A DNA stretch of 64,000 nucleotides. It comes from Nemertoderma westbladi. Taxonomy: Eukaryota; Animalia; Xenacoelomorpha. Positions 52,746-64,000 of the stretch are shown here, in pieces. The notes below the pieces were generated by a model. It had not been told where the DNA came from and did no database searches. It saw only the letters and a program-made list of their open reading frames with translations. The translations under genes and the position numbers were made by a program. Position 1 is the stretch's first letter, and the number at the start of each line of letters is the position of its first letter. The stretch spans positions 1 to 64,000 of the forward strand of contig JAUCBJ010006256.1 of NCBI GenBank assembly GCA_032718475.1. Direction: 5' to 3'.

Positions 52746-53424
52746 CCACTGTGACATCAGACCCAAAATATTGAAAATTGACGCCTCTTCTACTTTTTTT
52801 GCACTTCTACCTGAAATTTTCAAATGTGAAATTTGTAGTCCTCAAGTAGTTTAATTTAATCATATGGTGATTGTGAAGATTTACTTATAACAATTTTTTG
52901 ATTGAGGTGATGCATAGGGGTGGCACGATTGTAGGGCCTTATCGCCCCTTGCACCTTTATCGCCCTCTGGCCCTTATCGCCCCCTGGGAATTTATCGCCC
53001 CTCAAATGGTCCTTTATCGCCCCTTGGGAACATATCGCCCCTGGGTCTTTATTGCCCCTGGTAACTTATTCCCACTGTGACAAATATGAATTTCGAATGG
53101 GAGTAGTGTTGGTATTGGTATTGATTATTATGTCATAAGGGTCTCAATCCATATACTGTAGTTAAATTACGAGACAAATGACATACATTGAATTGCCTAA
53201 GTAGGCCTACAAACGATATAAATAATAACAATATGTTATAAAATATGTTAAAAATAGAGTATTTTAAAATCATTGATAATTAAATTGCATGTATACTGGC
53301 ATAATTAAAATTTGAATAATATGTACAAAGGTCGAGTGCAAAATATACGTTAAAATTAATCGAGTTGATTAAAATATGTATAACATTTAGGCTCAGTAAG
53401 TTAGGGAATGCCTGTACGCTGTCA

Positions 53425-53910
53425 AGGGTGATCTTCCACATTAAACCATTCCACTTTGTTTCCTAAAGGAATGCCTGTTCACCACCATGGTTGATCTTCC
53501 ACAGTAAACCATTCAACTTTGTTTCCTAAAGGAATGCCTGTTCACCACCATGGGTGATCTTCCACAGTAAACCCTTCCACTTCGTTTCCTAAAGGAATGC
53601 CTGTTCACCACCATGGTTGATCTTCCACAGTAAACCATTCCACTTTGTTTCCTAAAGGAATGCCTGTTCACCACCATGGGTGATCTTCCACAGTAAAAAC
53701 CCTTCCACTCTGTTTCATAAAGGAATGTCTGTTCACCACCATGGGTGATCTTCCACAGTAAACCCTTCCACTCTGTTTCCTAAAGGAATGCCTGTTCACC
53801 ACCATGGGTGATCTTCCACAGTAAACCCTTCCACTCTGTTTCCCAAAGGAATGCCTGTTCTCCACAGTGGGTGATCTTCCACAGTAAACCCTTACACTCT
53901 GTTTTCCAAA
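53425..53910 (+). repeat. 64-bp minisatellite x~7-8
   Basis: GGGTGATCTTCCACAGTAAACCCTTCCACTCTGTTTCCTAAAGGAATGCCTGTTCACCACCAT tandem. Confidence 0.95.
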
Positions 53911-53911
53911 T

Positions 53912-54080
53912 TACCATGGTTCTCATTTATCGACCAGAAAGGGATGAAAACCTGGGCAGAGCTAGTCTGCAGCATTTAAAGTCCCGTACCAAAACAGTAA
54001 AACAAAATGCGTCGTCCAGGGATCGAACCTGGAGCCTCAGAATGAAAGCCGAGATTGTTAACACTAAATCAAGCTGCTGC
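53912..54080 (-). mobile_element. tRNA-derived SINE head and central domain remnant
   Basis: Minus strand has B-box GGTTCGATCCC in a tRNA-like context, followed by TTTTCATCCCTTTCTGGTCGATAAATGAG, which resembles the conserved centre of widespread metazoan tRNA-SINEs. Confidence 0.65.
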
Positions 54081-55832
54081 TTTTTCTATGAATTGAGAAT
54101 GAAAATATGAATAATATAATTTATAAGTGTAGGTATCTTCTACCTGAAACTATTTGAGTATAAATATAAATGTAAACTATAACTACAGTAAAGTATGTGA
54201 CTTTTAGGAAGTATGAGAACGTTGGTGGAAAGTATCCTGTATATATAATGACAGGGGCGATAAAGGACCAGGGGCGATAAAGACTCGGGGGCGATAAAGA
54301 CCCAGGGGCGATAAGGTCCTGCTTCGGGTGGTACAGATACACTCACTTTTTTTCAAAAACTGGAAAATTCTGAAAAATTGTCACATATTAACTTTTCAGT
54401 TGTCATATTCTAGGTGTTAGATCTATTATATCCTTTTAGTTATATATATCCTTGTAGTTTATCTAGTTAATCTTGTTAATGTGAAGTTTTTAACACAACA
54501 ATTAATTATATGAGTTAAAATATAGGGGTGGTGCAGTCACAGTTCAGTAGGCCCAATATTGACATAATTGGGATTGGCGAATGGAATCGCAAGTGTAATT
54601 ATGTAAGTTTATGTTCATTCGTAAGGTGAAGGGACAAACACATTTTTTTAAGGTATTTGGGATTTGGGAATAAGGTGTTTGGGATTTGTGTTAACGCAAA
54701 TGTGTTCTTTATGATTTTAGTTTACTTATTTTGCTCAATTTAAGTTTAAGTTCCATATTTTATTGATAAGGTTAATTACGTTCTAATATTCTGATTTCTT
54801 AGCCAAGAACCGTCAATTGTAACCTGACACCATCTAGCGTCGTTATATATATAGTCAGCTTAGCTTAAATGCCTTATTTGTGATGTCTAGGTGGCGCTAC
54901 TGCACATTACTTTGGAGGTATAAATGCTATGGGTCAAATGCTTTACAACCAATCAGACTATTCCCTTCAACATTAATTGTTTAGTGGAGTCACACTTATA
55001 CATCTAAATGGTAAAAACCATGGTCAACTTTAATTGACTGGTGATTATTACTTGTTTAACTGTCTCTGTTGTCTACAATTAAATTATACATTCGTTTGTT
55101 ATAATTATTTGTTATAATATTTGATATCGTACCGGTAAATTCGATTTATTTGCTTCTGTTACTTGATTAATATAATATCGCTGTTACCCTGAGATCAAAG
55201 ACATTTTCTAGACACCAAACCCAGGTAGGTCTGAACAATCGTGTCGGACTTATATGTGTTGTCTTACCTCTAACTCAATAAATAATTAATCTATGGCGAT
55301 ATTTCTGACCTGTAATGCAAGCGAAGCCCTTATTATTTGTAATGAACCAATTTACCTTACCTTATTACCTTACTATTAATGACATCATGATTGAGCGTTA
55401 CCATAAATTGAATACCGTAGCGATAATAATATAAACAGATACAGAATAGTTGCAATACGTTTCCCCTAAAGGGAAACACAATCGCCAGACTTAATAATTA
55501 ATTAGTCAGACATTTACTTATTGTATTGTGCCACCACACCCTCCTGGTATTATTATATATTATATTATTATATATATTAGTGAAATATAATAGATGATCA
55601 ATTACCGTTATAGACTGAGTGAAACATTGAGCAAATCGATACAATTGTGGGGAAGAGGGAATAAAAGTGATTCACTAGAACGGCCTTCCCTTGAAGGTAC
55701 ACTAGCGCCATTACTGTTTCAGTGTCTCAGACTGGGTGTTTTACTCGCTTTCTTATGTGCTCTACAAAACAATCAGAGAGATTCAAAATATATAAAATAG
55801 GGGTTAAAAACGTCTATTTTGTCAAATGCGCT

Positions 55833-55970
55833 TTGGAATTTGGGAATAAGGTATTTGGGATTTGGGAATAAGGAATTTGGGATTTGGGAATAAGGTATTT
55901 GGGATTTGGAAATAAGGAATTTGGGATTTGGGAATAAGGTATTTGGGATTTGGGAGTAAGGAATTTGTGA
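55833..55970 (+). repeat. 21-bp tandem GGTATTTGGGATTTGGGAATAA; also at 54650-54690
   Basis: Directly visible; probably a MITE subterminal array. Confidence 0.85.
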
Positions 55971-56464
55971 TCTGCTTTGAATTTGTGATTTGCTTTAGAA
56001 GATACGCAATGCATATCTCATTAGCGGCACTGGCTGTTTCCACTGACGGGGCTCAGTTGAACAAAGCGTCCCTTTATTATTTATTATATAATAATTTCAT
56101 ACACGCCCTGAAGGGTGGTACATAGTACATACATAGCACAACCGGACCAGTAAAGTTTAATACAAGATATAGCGAGTAAGAATATTTTAGGTTATGAAAT
56201 AACAATATAGTCCAAAATATATTTTAGTCATCGAAACCTTTTACCTCCATAGTATCGAGGCGCACAATAATTACTTCCTTGCAGAAATGTACTTTCCAGT
56301 TACCTTTCTACTTTCCTATAAGAGGAACATAATTTAAACTTTTTACACATTTAGATGTAAGGTCGTCAGTGATATTATATTTATATATATATATAGATAT
56401 GCGTTCGGGCTGAGTAGTACCGCTAGTAAGAGAGTTAGAAGTAGTAGAAGGTACGTAGTACCGA

Positions 56465-59212
56465 GTTAGGCGGGTAGTAGAGAGGTTGTGGGCACCGGAA
56501 GCGCCACGTAGATAGAGGTAGTAGAGTTAGTAGAGCAGAGAGAGGTTGTGGGCACTGGAAGCGCCACGTAGATAGAGGTAGTAGAGTTAGTAGAGCAGAG
56601 AGAGGTTGTGGGCACCGAAAGCGCCACGTAGATAGAGGTAGTAGAGTTAGTAGAGCAGAGAGAGGTTGTGGGCACCGGAAGCACCACGTAGATGGAAGTA
56701 GTAGTAGAGTGGTTGTGGGCACCGAAAGCGCCACGTAGATAGAGGTAGTAGAGTTAGTAGAGCAGAGAGAGGTTGTGGGCACCGAAAGCGCCACGTAGAT
56801 AGAGGTAGTAGAGTTAGTAGAGCAGAGAGAGGTTGTGGGCACCGAAAGCGCCACGTAGATAGAGGTAGTAGAGTTAGTAGAGCAGAGAGAGGTTGTGGGC
56901 ACCGGAAGCGCCACGTAGATGGAAGTAGTAGTAGAGAGGTTGTGGGCACCGGAAGCACCACGTAGATAGAGGTAGTAGAGTTAGTAGAGCAGAGAGAGGT
57001 TGTGGGCACTGGAAGCGCCACGTAGATGGAAGTAGTAGTAGAGAGGTTGTGGGCACCGAAAGCGCCACGTAGATAGAGGTAGTAGAGTTAGTAGAGCAGA
57101 GAGAGGTTGTGGGCACTGGAAGCGCCACGTAGATAGAGGTAGTAGAGTTAGTAGAGCAGAGAGAGGTTGTGGGCACTGGAAGCGCCACGTAGATAGAGGT
57201 AGTAGTAGAGAGGTTGTGGGCACCGAAAGCGCCACGTAGATAGAGGTAGTAGAGTTAGTAGAGCAGAGAGAGGTTGTGGGCACCGAAAGCGCCACGTAGA
57301 TAGAGGTAGTAGAGTTAGTAGAGCAGAGAGAGGTTGTGGGCACCGGAAGCACCACGTAGATGGAAGTAGTAGTAGAGTGGTTGTGGGCACCGAAAGCGCC
57401 ACGTAGATAGAGGTAGTAGAGTTAGTAGAGCAGAGAGAGGTTGTGGGCACCGAAAGCGCCACGTAGATAGAGGTAGTAGAGTTAGTAGAGCAGAGAGAGG
57501 TTGTGGGCACCGAAAGCGCCACGTAGATAGAGGTAGTAGAGTTAGTAGAGCAGAGAGAGGTTGTGGGCACCGGAAGCACCACGTAGATGGAAGTAGTAGT
57601 AGAGTGGTTGTGGGCACCGAAAGCGCCACGTAGATAGAGGTAGTAGAGTTAGTAGAGCAGAGAGAGGTTGTGGGCACCGGAAGCACCACATAGATGGAAG
57701 TAGTAGTAGAGTGGTTGTGGGCACCGAAAGCGCCACGTAGATAGAGGTAGTAGAGTTAGTAGAGCAGAGAGAGGTTGTGGGCACCGAAAGCGCCACGTAG
57801 ATAGAGGTAGTAGAGTTAGTAGAGCAGAGAGAGGTTGTGGGCACCGGAAGCACCACGTAGATGGAAGTAGTAGTAGAGTGGTTGTGGGCACCGAAAGCGC
57901 CACGTAGATAGAGGTAGTAGAGTTAGTAGAGCAGAGAGAGGTTGTGGGCACCGGAAGCACCACATAGATGGAAGTAGTAGTAGAGTGGTTGTGGGCACCG
58001 AAAGCGCCACGTAGATAGAGGTAGTAGAGTTAGTAGAGCAGAGAGAGGTTGTGGGCACCGAAAGCGCCACGTAGATAGAGGTAGTAGAGTTAGTAGAGCA
58101 GAGAGAGGTTGTGGGCACCGAAAGCGCCACGTAGATAGAGGTAGTAGAGTTAGTAGAGCAGAGAGAGGTTGTGGGCACCGAAAGCGCCACGTAGATAGAG
58201 GTAGTAGAGTTAGTAGAGCAGAGAGAGGTTGTGGGCACCGAAAGCGCCACGTAGATAGAGGTAGTAGAGTTAGTAGAGCAGAGAGAGGTTGTGGGCACCG
58301 AAAGCGCCACGTAGATAGAGGTAGTAGAGTTAGTAGAGCAGAGAGAGGTTGTGGGCACCGAAAGCGCCACGTAGATAGAGGTAGTAGAGTTAGTAGAGCA
58401 GAGAGAGGTTGTGGGCACCGAAAGCGCCACGTAGATAGAGGTAGTAGAGTTAGTAGAGCAGAGAGAGGTTGTGGGCACCGAAAGCGCCACGTAGATAGAG
58501 GTAGTAGAGTTAGTAGAGCAGAGAGAGGTTGTGGGCACTGGAAGCGCCACGTAGATGGAAGTAGTAGTAGAGAGGTTGTGGGCACCGGAAGCACCACGTA
58601 GATAGAGGTAGTAGAGTTAGTAGAGCAGAGAGAGGTTGTGGGCACTGGAAGCGCCACGTAGATGGAAGTAGTAGTAGAGAGGTTGTGGGCACCGAAAGCG
58701 CCACGTAGATAGAGGTAGTAGAGTTAGTAGAGCAGAGAGAGGTTGTGGGCACTGGAAGCGCCACGTAGATAGAGGTAGTAGAGTTAGTAGAGCAGAGAGA
58801 GGTTGTGGGCACTGGAAGCGCCACGTAGATGGAAGTAGTAGTAGAGAGGTTGTGGGCACCGGAAGCACCACGTAGATGGAAGTAGTAGTAGAGAGGTTGT
58901 GGGCACCGGAAGCGCCACGTAGATAGAGGTAGTAGAGTTAGTAGAGCAGAGAGAGGTTGTGGGCACTGGAAGCGCCACGTAGATGGAAGTAGTAGTAGAG
59001 AGGTTGTGGGCACCGGAAGCGCCACGTAGATGGAAGTAGTAGTAGAGAGGTTGTGGGCACCGGAAGCACCACGTAGATGGAAGTAGTAGTAGAGAGGTTG
59101 TGGGCACCGGAAGCGCCACGTAGATGGAAGTAGTAGTAGAGAGGTTGTGGGCACCGGAAGCACCACATAGATGGAAGTAGTAGTAGAGAGGTTGTGGGCA
59201 CCGGAAGCGCCG
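56465..59212 (+). repeat. Large minisatellite of 60-bp and 47-bp variant units
   Basis: Core GAGAGGTTGTGGGCACCGAAAGCGCCACGTAGAT followed by either AGAGGTAGTAGAGTTAGTAGAGCAGA (60 bp) or GGAAGTAGTAGTA (47 bp); roughly 50 units. Confidence 0.97.
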
Positions 59213-59326
59213 TGGTACAGGGGATGCATTGAACTAAGTGGGGCACGGGCGTGATGACGTGTTTGATGTAAGAGCAGGGTATGTTAATTAGGGTGGGTGC
59301 CGGGCACAAGAGGTGCCGGGCACAAG

Positions 59327-59920
59327 AAGTTAGTAGTAGAGTTAGTTGAGTTAGTAAGAGTTAGTAGTAGAGTTAGTTGAGTTAGTAAGAGTTAGTAGTA
59401 GAGTTAGTTGAGTTAGTAAGAGTTAGTAGTAGAGTTAGTTGAGTTAGTAGAGAGTTAGTAGAGTTAGTAAGAGTTAGTAGTAGTTCACATAATTAACGTA
59501 CCCACTTTGCCGGCATTCAGAGCGTCACCTGCAGGCGAGGAGACATAAAGGGGGAGTAGAATAGTAGAGACGGGCACATAGGGTGCCAGGTAGTATAGTT
59601 AGAGAGTTAGAGGTAGTAGAGTAGTAGAGAGGGCACATAGGGTGCCAGGTAGTAGAGTAGTAGAGATGGGCACATAGGGTGCCAGATAGTAGAGTGGTTG
59701 TGGGCACCGCAAGCGCCACATAGACGGAAGTTAGTAGTAAGCAGAGTGGTTGTGGGCACCGCAAGCGCCACGTAGAAAGTAGTAAGCGGAGCAGACTTAT
59801 TTAGAGAGTTCTAGTTAGAGCTAGTAGAGTTAGTAAGAGAGTTAGATAGTAGGTAGTTAGTAAGCTAGAGAGTTAGAAGATAGTAAGTAGTTAGTAAGTT
59901 GGAGAGTTAGATAGTATGAT
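59327..59920 (+). repeat. Purine-rich GAGTTAG(TA) repeats and diverged satellite monomers
   Basis: ~31-bp tandem at 59327-59483; GGGCACATAGGGTGCCAG and GTTGTGGGCACCGCAAGCGCCAC variants at 59570-59775. Confidence 0.85.
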
Positions 59921-60179
59921 AGCACAGGGGTAGCACTAGAGATTAGGGCCTTAGGGAGTGGCAGAGAGTAGAGAGGAGATAGTGAGAGGAGCTGTTGGCG
60001 AGAGAGAAGTTAGAATGCGATTCAGGTGCGGGGAGAGAGTAAGAGCGGAGTTAGAGCAGAGTTCGAGCGGAGAAGTTAGAGTGGAGTTAGAGGAGAGTTA
60101 GAGTGGAGAGCTTTTAAAATTGTGTGAGAGTCCACAATTGGCTCGACACGAGACGTCAGATGGGTAGCGTTATCATACC

Positions 60180-60630
60180 CATAGGGAGCGGTCTGGAAAG
60201 CCGACTCCAAGAAAATAACTCCACCCCACACCCGATAGTGGATCGAGTTTCCAGCGGAATTGTAGCGCACTATAGGTGGATGCTATCTTCTCACCGGGAA
60301 GATAGCATGGGGGGGAGTGTGAGCGTATTCAATTCCGCCACACTAAACCCCATAAAGTTGGCGTTAAGCAATATTGGGAACACGAGGTTGATTGCCAATA
60401 TCAACCTCGTATCACCCCAACAAAATGGGAAGGAGAAACCCCAGAGAACATACACACAATGGGGGTCAGGGGTTACACCTCTGAGAGAGAGGGAACAACG
60501 GCAGGAGTAAAGGGAAACACTCCAGGGAGGTGAAAGAGCGACAATTAGGTTATCAGCCAATGGGGGGCAAGCATCGACTGAGTAACACGGCCAAACCTAG
60601 AGTAGTATATTACTGGTCGGTGTTGCTCAT
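60180..60630 (+). ncRNA. Candidate structured RNA segment (hairpin cluster)
   Basis: At least four stems, several needing G-U pairs on the + strand and one capped by a GGAA tetraloop. Confidence 0.3.
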
Positions 60631-60899
60631 TCATTCAGTTTACCCAGTACAGTCACGGCAGTACGGTGACAGTTAAGACCGTCACCACCGTCACCATATT
60701 ACCGGTCATTTATTGTGCAGCCATCATTAGTGCTATCTGCTATTGTACCTATGTTATCTCAATTTTATACCATTAACGATATCAGAACAACAACTCTTTT
60801 CATTCACACGGCGGGGACGCGTACGTAAACAACACCGGATAAACCGGGATCCTCGGATCCCGTCACACCTATTGAAATTACTATTACTATATATAATGA

Positions 60900-61424
60900 A
60901 AGGTCGATTATCTCAAAATATTTTTTTTATGAAATTGTCAACTTCAAAACCCTACTACTTCTACAATTTTTAAGCAATTAGTCTGAAACTTTCTGTGGGT
61001 GTCTACATAGCCACCCTGCATAAAAGTATCAGACAATTATTTGTTAATAAAATTTAATACTATTTATAACAAACCTAAAAATTAGGCATAAATTTGCAGC
61101 GCCACCTAGCGGTGCAGAATTATTTTCACAAAATTTCGCCTGACAGTTATGTTGCCCCATCTTTGATCTATCATATAAAAAAAACTTTCATGTGATTAGA
61201 TTCAAAACTGTAAAAGCCTTAGGGTTTTAAGCGCAACCAAGTTTTTTTTGTTGTTAACTAGGATTAACTAATATTAAATAGCGAAAAATAAAAATTTTCG
61301 AACCTGTCATGTAGAATAGCATCTTAGGCACCAATATTCAAAATTATAGCCAAAACCAAACAATTTTGAAACGCTGAGAATGATAAATCGAAGAGTTGTC
61401 CGAAAATGGTGTACCCCCCCTTAA
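60900..61424. mobile_element. TTAA-ending (Kolobok-like) non-autonomous element remnant
   Basis: Ends GGTGTACCCCCCC|TTAA; internal CTGAAACTTT and CAGCGCCACCTAGCGG motifs; left end not found. Confidence 0.45.
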
Positions 61425-62614
61425 GCTGCAATACAGCAATACTGTACTCTGAACTCAAATAATGCAATGCAATAGGTAGATAAAGGCTGAGTGGTTTTGA
61501 GGGCTTCGATACCGGTGAGGCAATCTGTGAGTTTATAATTATGAATTTATTCATTTAATCAATGTTCATCACCATGAATTTAATTAATCGTAGTGTCAAA
61601 AGACGCGCAAGACTCACCGTTTTCAATTGATATAAACCACGTGTGAAATGATTGAGATTAAATGTGTATTAGAATGGATCTAAAATCACCCTCGATAGAA
61701 AACAATATAAAAATTATCTGAGCATTGCATAGTGACGTCAAATCTGTAGCAGCCAATCACAGCAGATTTTCAAAATCGGCTTCCCGCTCTTACTCAAACC
61801 CGCCATTTTGAACGTTTCCGCGTGTTTTTACAAAAAAGACACCCCGCCAGTCGATTCAGGGCACCTTGTTACCCCTTATTCGATTGTTTCTAGACAATGT
61901 CTACAATGTTTTCACGCACCAACCTTATTATAATAAAATACCAAATATCAACGATAATAAAATTATGAAGTAATTTAAAATTTAATTACATTTATAGGAT
62001 ATACTTTATGGAACTAACTTACATGTTGTTGATGTACGACCAACCTACATGATGGTTGCTTGCTTGTGTTTGACGAAGTGGGCTTCCCTTACAAAATTGA
62101 TATGTTGTAGTTTCATTTATTTTATGAAATCTCCCCAACCAACACAAACACACAAAGGGTGTTTATGACAGCCCTGCTTCCTGGGATTTGTAAAACTGTT
62201 CTCTGATTGGTCAATTCTTGGGCAGTTCTTCCTGCATCCCATATTTTACAGGAATAATTCAACAAAAGTTTCCTCATTCTGAGTTGATTAGGGACACGTG
62301 TGCAATAATTCTAAAAGAACTTTGGCCTATTTACTTCTTTAATACTATCATGGGTCGCTGGTATAATTGTGTTCGATTGTAATATTTTGGGGAATTGGGT
62401 TCAACAAACGATATAACAGTTCAGTCAATATAATAACAAAAGGTAAGCGTCAGTTTTATTACCGGTTGCTATTGCTAAACTTTTTCATGAAATTATGACT
62501 CGTGGGAAAATATATTCTGTAACAGAAACTGCGGTGCTTGATGTTGTTACAAAGTGGCGATAAATGTTGTCACACATTCTGCTATATGTTGCCACAGAGT
62601 GGCGCTGTGAATAC

Positions 62615-62858
62615 AGTTGGGGTTTATGTTGCTAGACATTTGGGGTTTACGTTGCTAGACATTTGGGGTTTATGTTGCTAGACAGTTGGGGTTTATTTTG
62701 CTAGACATTTGGGGTTCATGTAGCTAGACATTTGGGATTTATTTTGCGACAGTTGGGCTTTTTGTTGCGACAGTTGGGCTTTTTGCTGTGACAGTTGGGG
62801 TTTTAGATGAGACAGGGTTTATGTTGCTAGATATTTGGGGCTTATGGTGCTAGACAGT
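62615..62858 (+). repeat. 23-bp tandem TGGGGTTTATGTTGCTAGACATT x~10
   Basis: Directly visible, moderately diverged. Confidence 0.9.
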
Positions 62859-64000
62859 GTGTACCTTAATGCTGCCACATGAGGATTACACATTTCATAC
62901 GCATTACGGTACTAAGGTAGAACTAATAAAGTAGTATAAACCTCTAACTTTTTGATTTTGTCTGTTTTTTAAAATGAGTCTGTTTTTATTTTTATTTCAT
63001 ATTTTGTGCCATATTTTGTCATACCAATTCTATCTGTGTCTTATTGAGGGGCGACAACTGTAAGTGTTCCTTTGTACCTGTTTATACTCGTGCAATAACC
63101 TAGTTGTTTTTTACTACCATATGTTTTTCTCCTCTGTTTTAAACATTTGTGATTAAATAATAAAAATAATAAGTTAGCAGGGTCTTGAGGAATAAAAAAC
63201 TAATAAATAAAAATAATAATATAATATCTGCAGCTTCTAGAAGATTTAATTATTTAATAACTAAAAACTAGTAATTATTTTAAGTGTTTCAGTATAATTT
63301 AGATTTATATATATGACTTTGTAGTCTGAAAACCTGGAGCGGTGTACAGCATGACAATTTGTTTCATCTAATGGATGTAATATTTCAATCTATTTTGTCG
63401 ATCGTACTTTATACTATTGTACAGTTTAGTACTGGTTATTGAAAATTACTTAAAAGCACATATAATCTAAAAATGTTTAAAATTGAAACCGAACTGTTAA
63501 TTATAGATATATTTATTGATGGTTCAAAGTTCAATCAAATATTTAATAATCTGCAACATCAAGGCACTAAAACTGCGCCTCATACCAGTGAGACTTGCAC
63601 AGAGCGGCTAGACACTGAGTTCAGATAACCGCAGAACACCTTCGAGAAACCGAAACCATGTCCCCTGCAAGACCGTGCTAGTTATAATAATTATAATATT
63701 TATTAAACGCTCTTCTCATAACTACAACTACCAGACAATATAATATGTGTTGGTTCTATCCGCAATTATATTGCGTTATTCGTTCCCTGTGAAGCTAATT
63801 TATTCTATCTCTATCACTCCTAGCATATCCAACCATTATCCCACAATATATTTATTGTTACCCATGATTGTATAGCGTACACAAACTCAACCACACATGT
63901 GTCTTATTAATAATAATGTACCCAGATGTTAGCTGGTATTGTTCGCTCGTGTATATAATGTGAATGTCGGCGCAAACTTAATTCTTCGGTTTTTAATCTT

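Larger units (their letters stand above)
52935..54344. mobile_element. MITE with TTATCGCCCC subterminal repeats, carrying a SINE remnant and minisatellite
   Basis: TTATCGCCCC arrays at 52935-53060 are mirrored by GGGGCGATAA arrays at 54252-54315. Confidence 0.75.

Noticed and set aside
54005-54080. Functional tRNA gene
   Set aside because: Only the B-box/T-arm is clear, the cloverleaf is degenerate and SINE-like sequence follows.
52747-54543. Outer CACTGTGAC...GTCACAGT TIR element
   Set aside because: Only 8 bp match and no TSD is visible; too weak to call.
56480-59200. Hammerhead ribozyme satellite (CCGAAAG in each unit)
   Set aside because: No CUGANGA core in the monomer on either strand.
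56435-59229. CRISPR-like array or repetitive protein (VPTTSLCSTNSTTSIYVAL) ORFs
   Set aside because: The sequence between cores is itself repeated rather than unique, there are no cas genes, the context is eukaryotic, and the ORFs arise from a 60-bp unit lacking stops.
59327-59920. Telomeric repeat
   Set aside because: GAGTTAG/TAG units are not TTAGG or TTAGGG arrays.
60124-60510. 128-aa protein-coding gene
   Set aside because: GTG start, no recognisable domain, and it overlaps the hairpin cluster.

Overview
AT-rich eukaryotic (invertebrate-like) genomic DNA made almost entirely of repeats. I found no intact host gene with a recognisable domain. The window contains decayed non-LTR retrotransposons (RTE, RTE-X-like, CR1/L2-like and a CRE-type 3' end), many non-autonomous DNA transposons/MITEs (some nested, with readable TIRs and TSDs), a four-unit head-to-tail array of Helentron/DINE-1-like rolling-circle elements carrying (GCTCG)n, a tRNA-derived SINE remnant, local duplications and inversions, and several minisatellites including a ~2.8 kb 60/47-bp array. 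The least explained items are: (i) a GC-rich, decayed ~490-codon reading frame of unknown family at the left edge, next to monomers of the same satellite that forms the large array at 56-60 kb, (ii) a hairpin-dense, RNA-like segment at ~60.2-60.6 kb, and (iii) a short signal-peptide-bearing ORF at 48.0 kb. All calls were made by eye and superfamily assignments are inferences.
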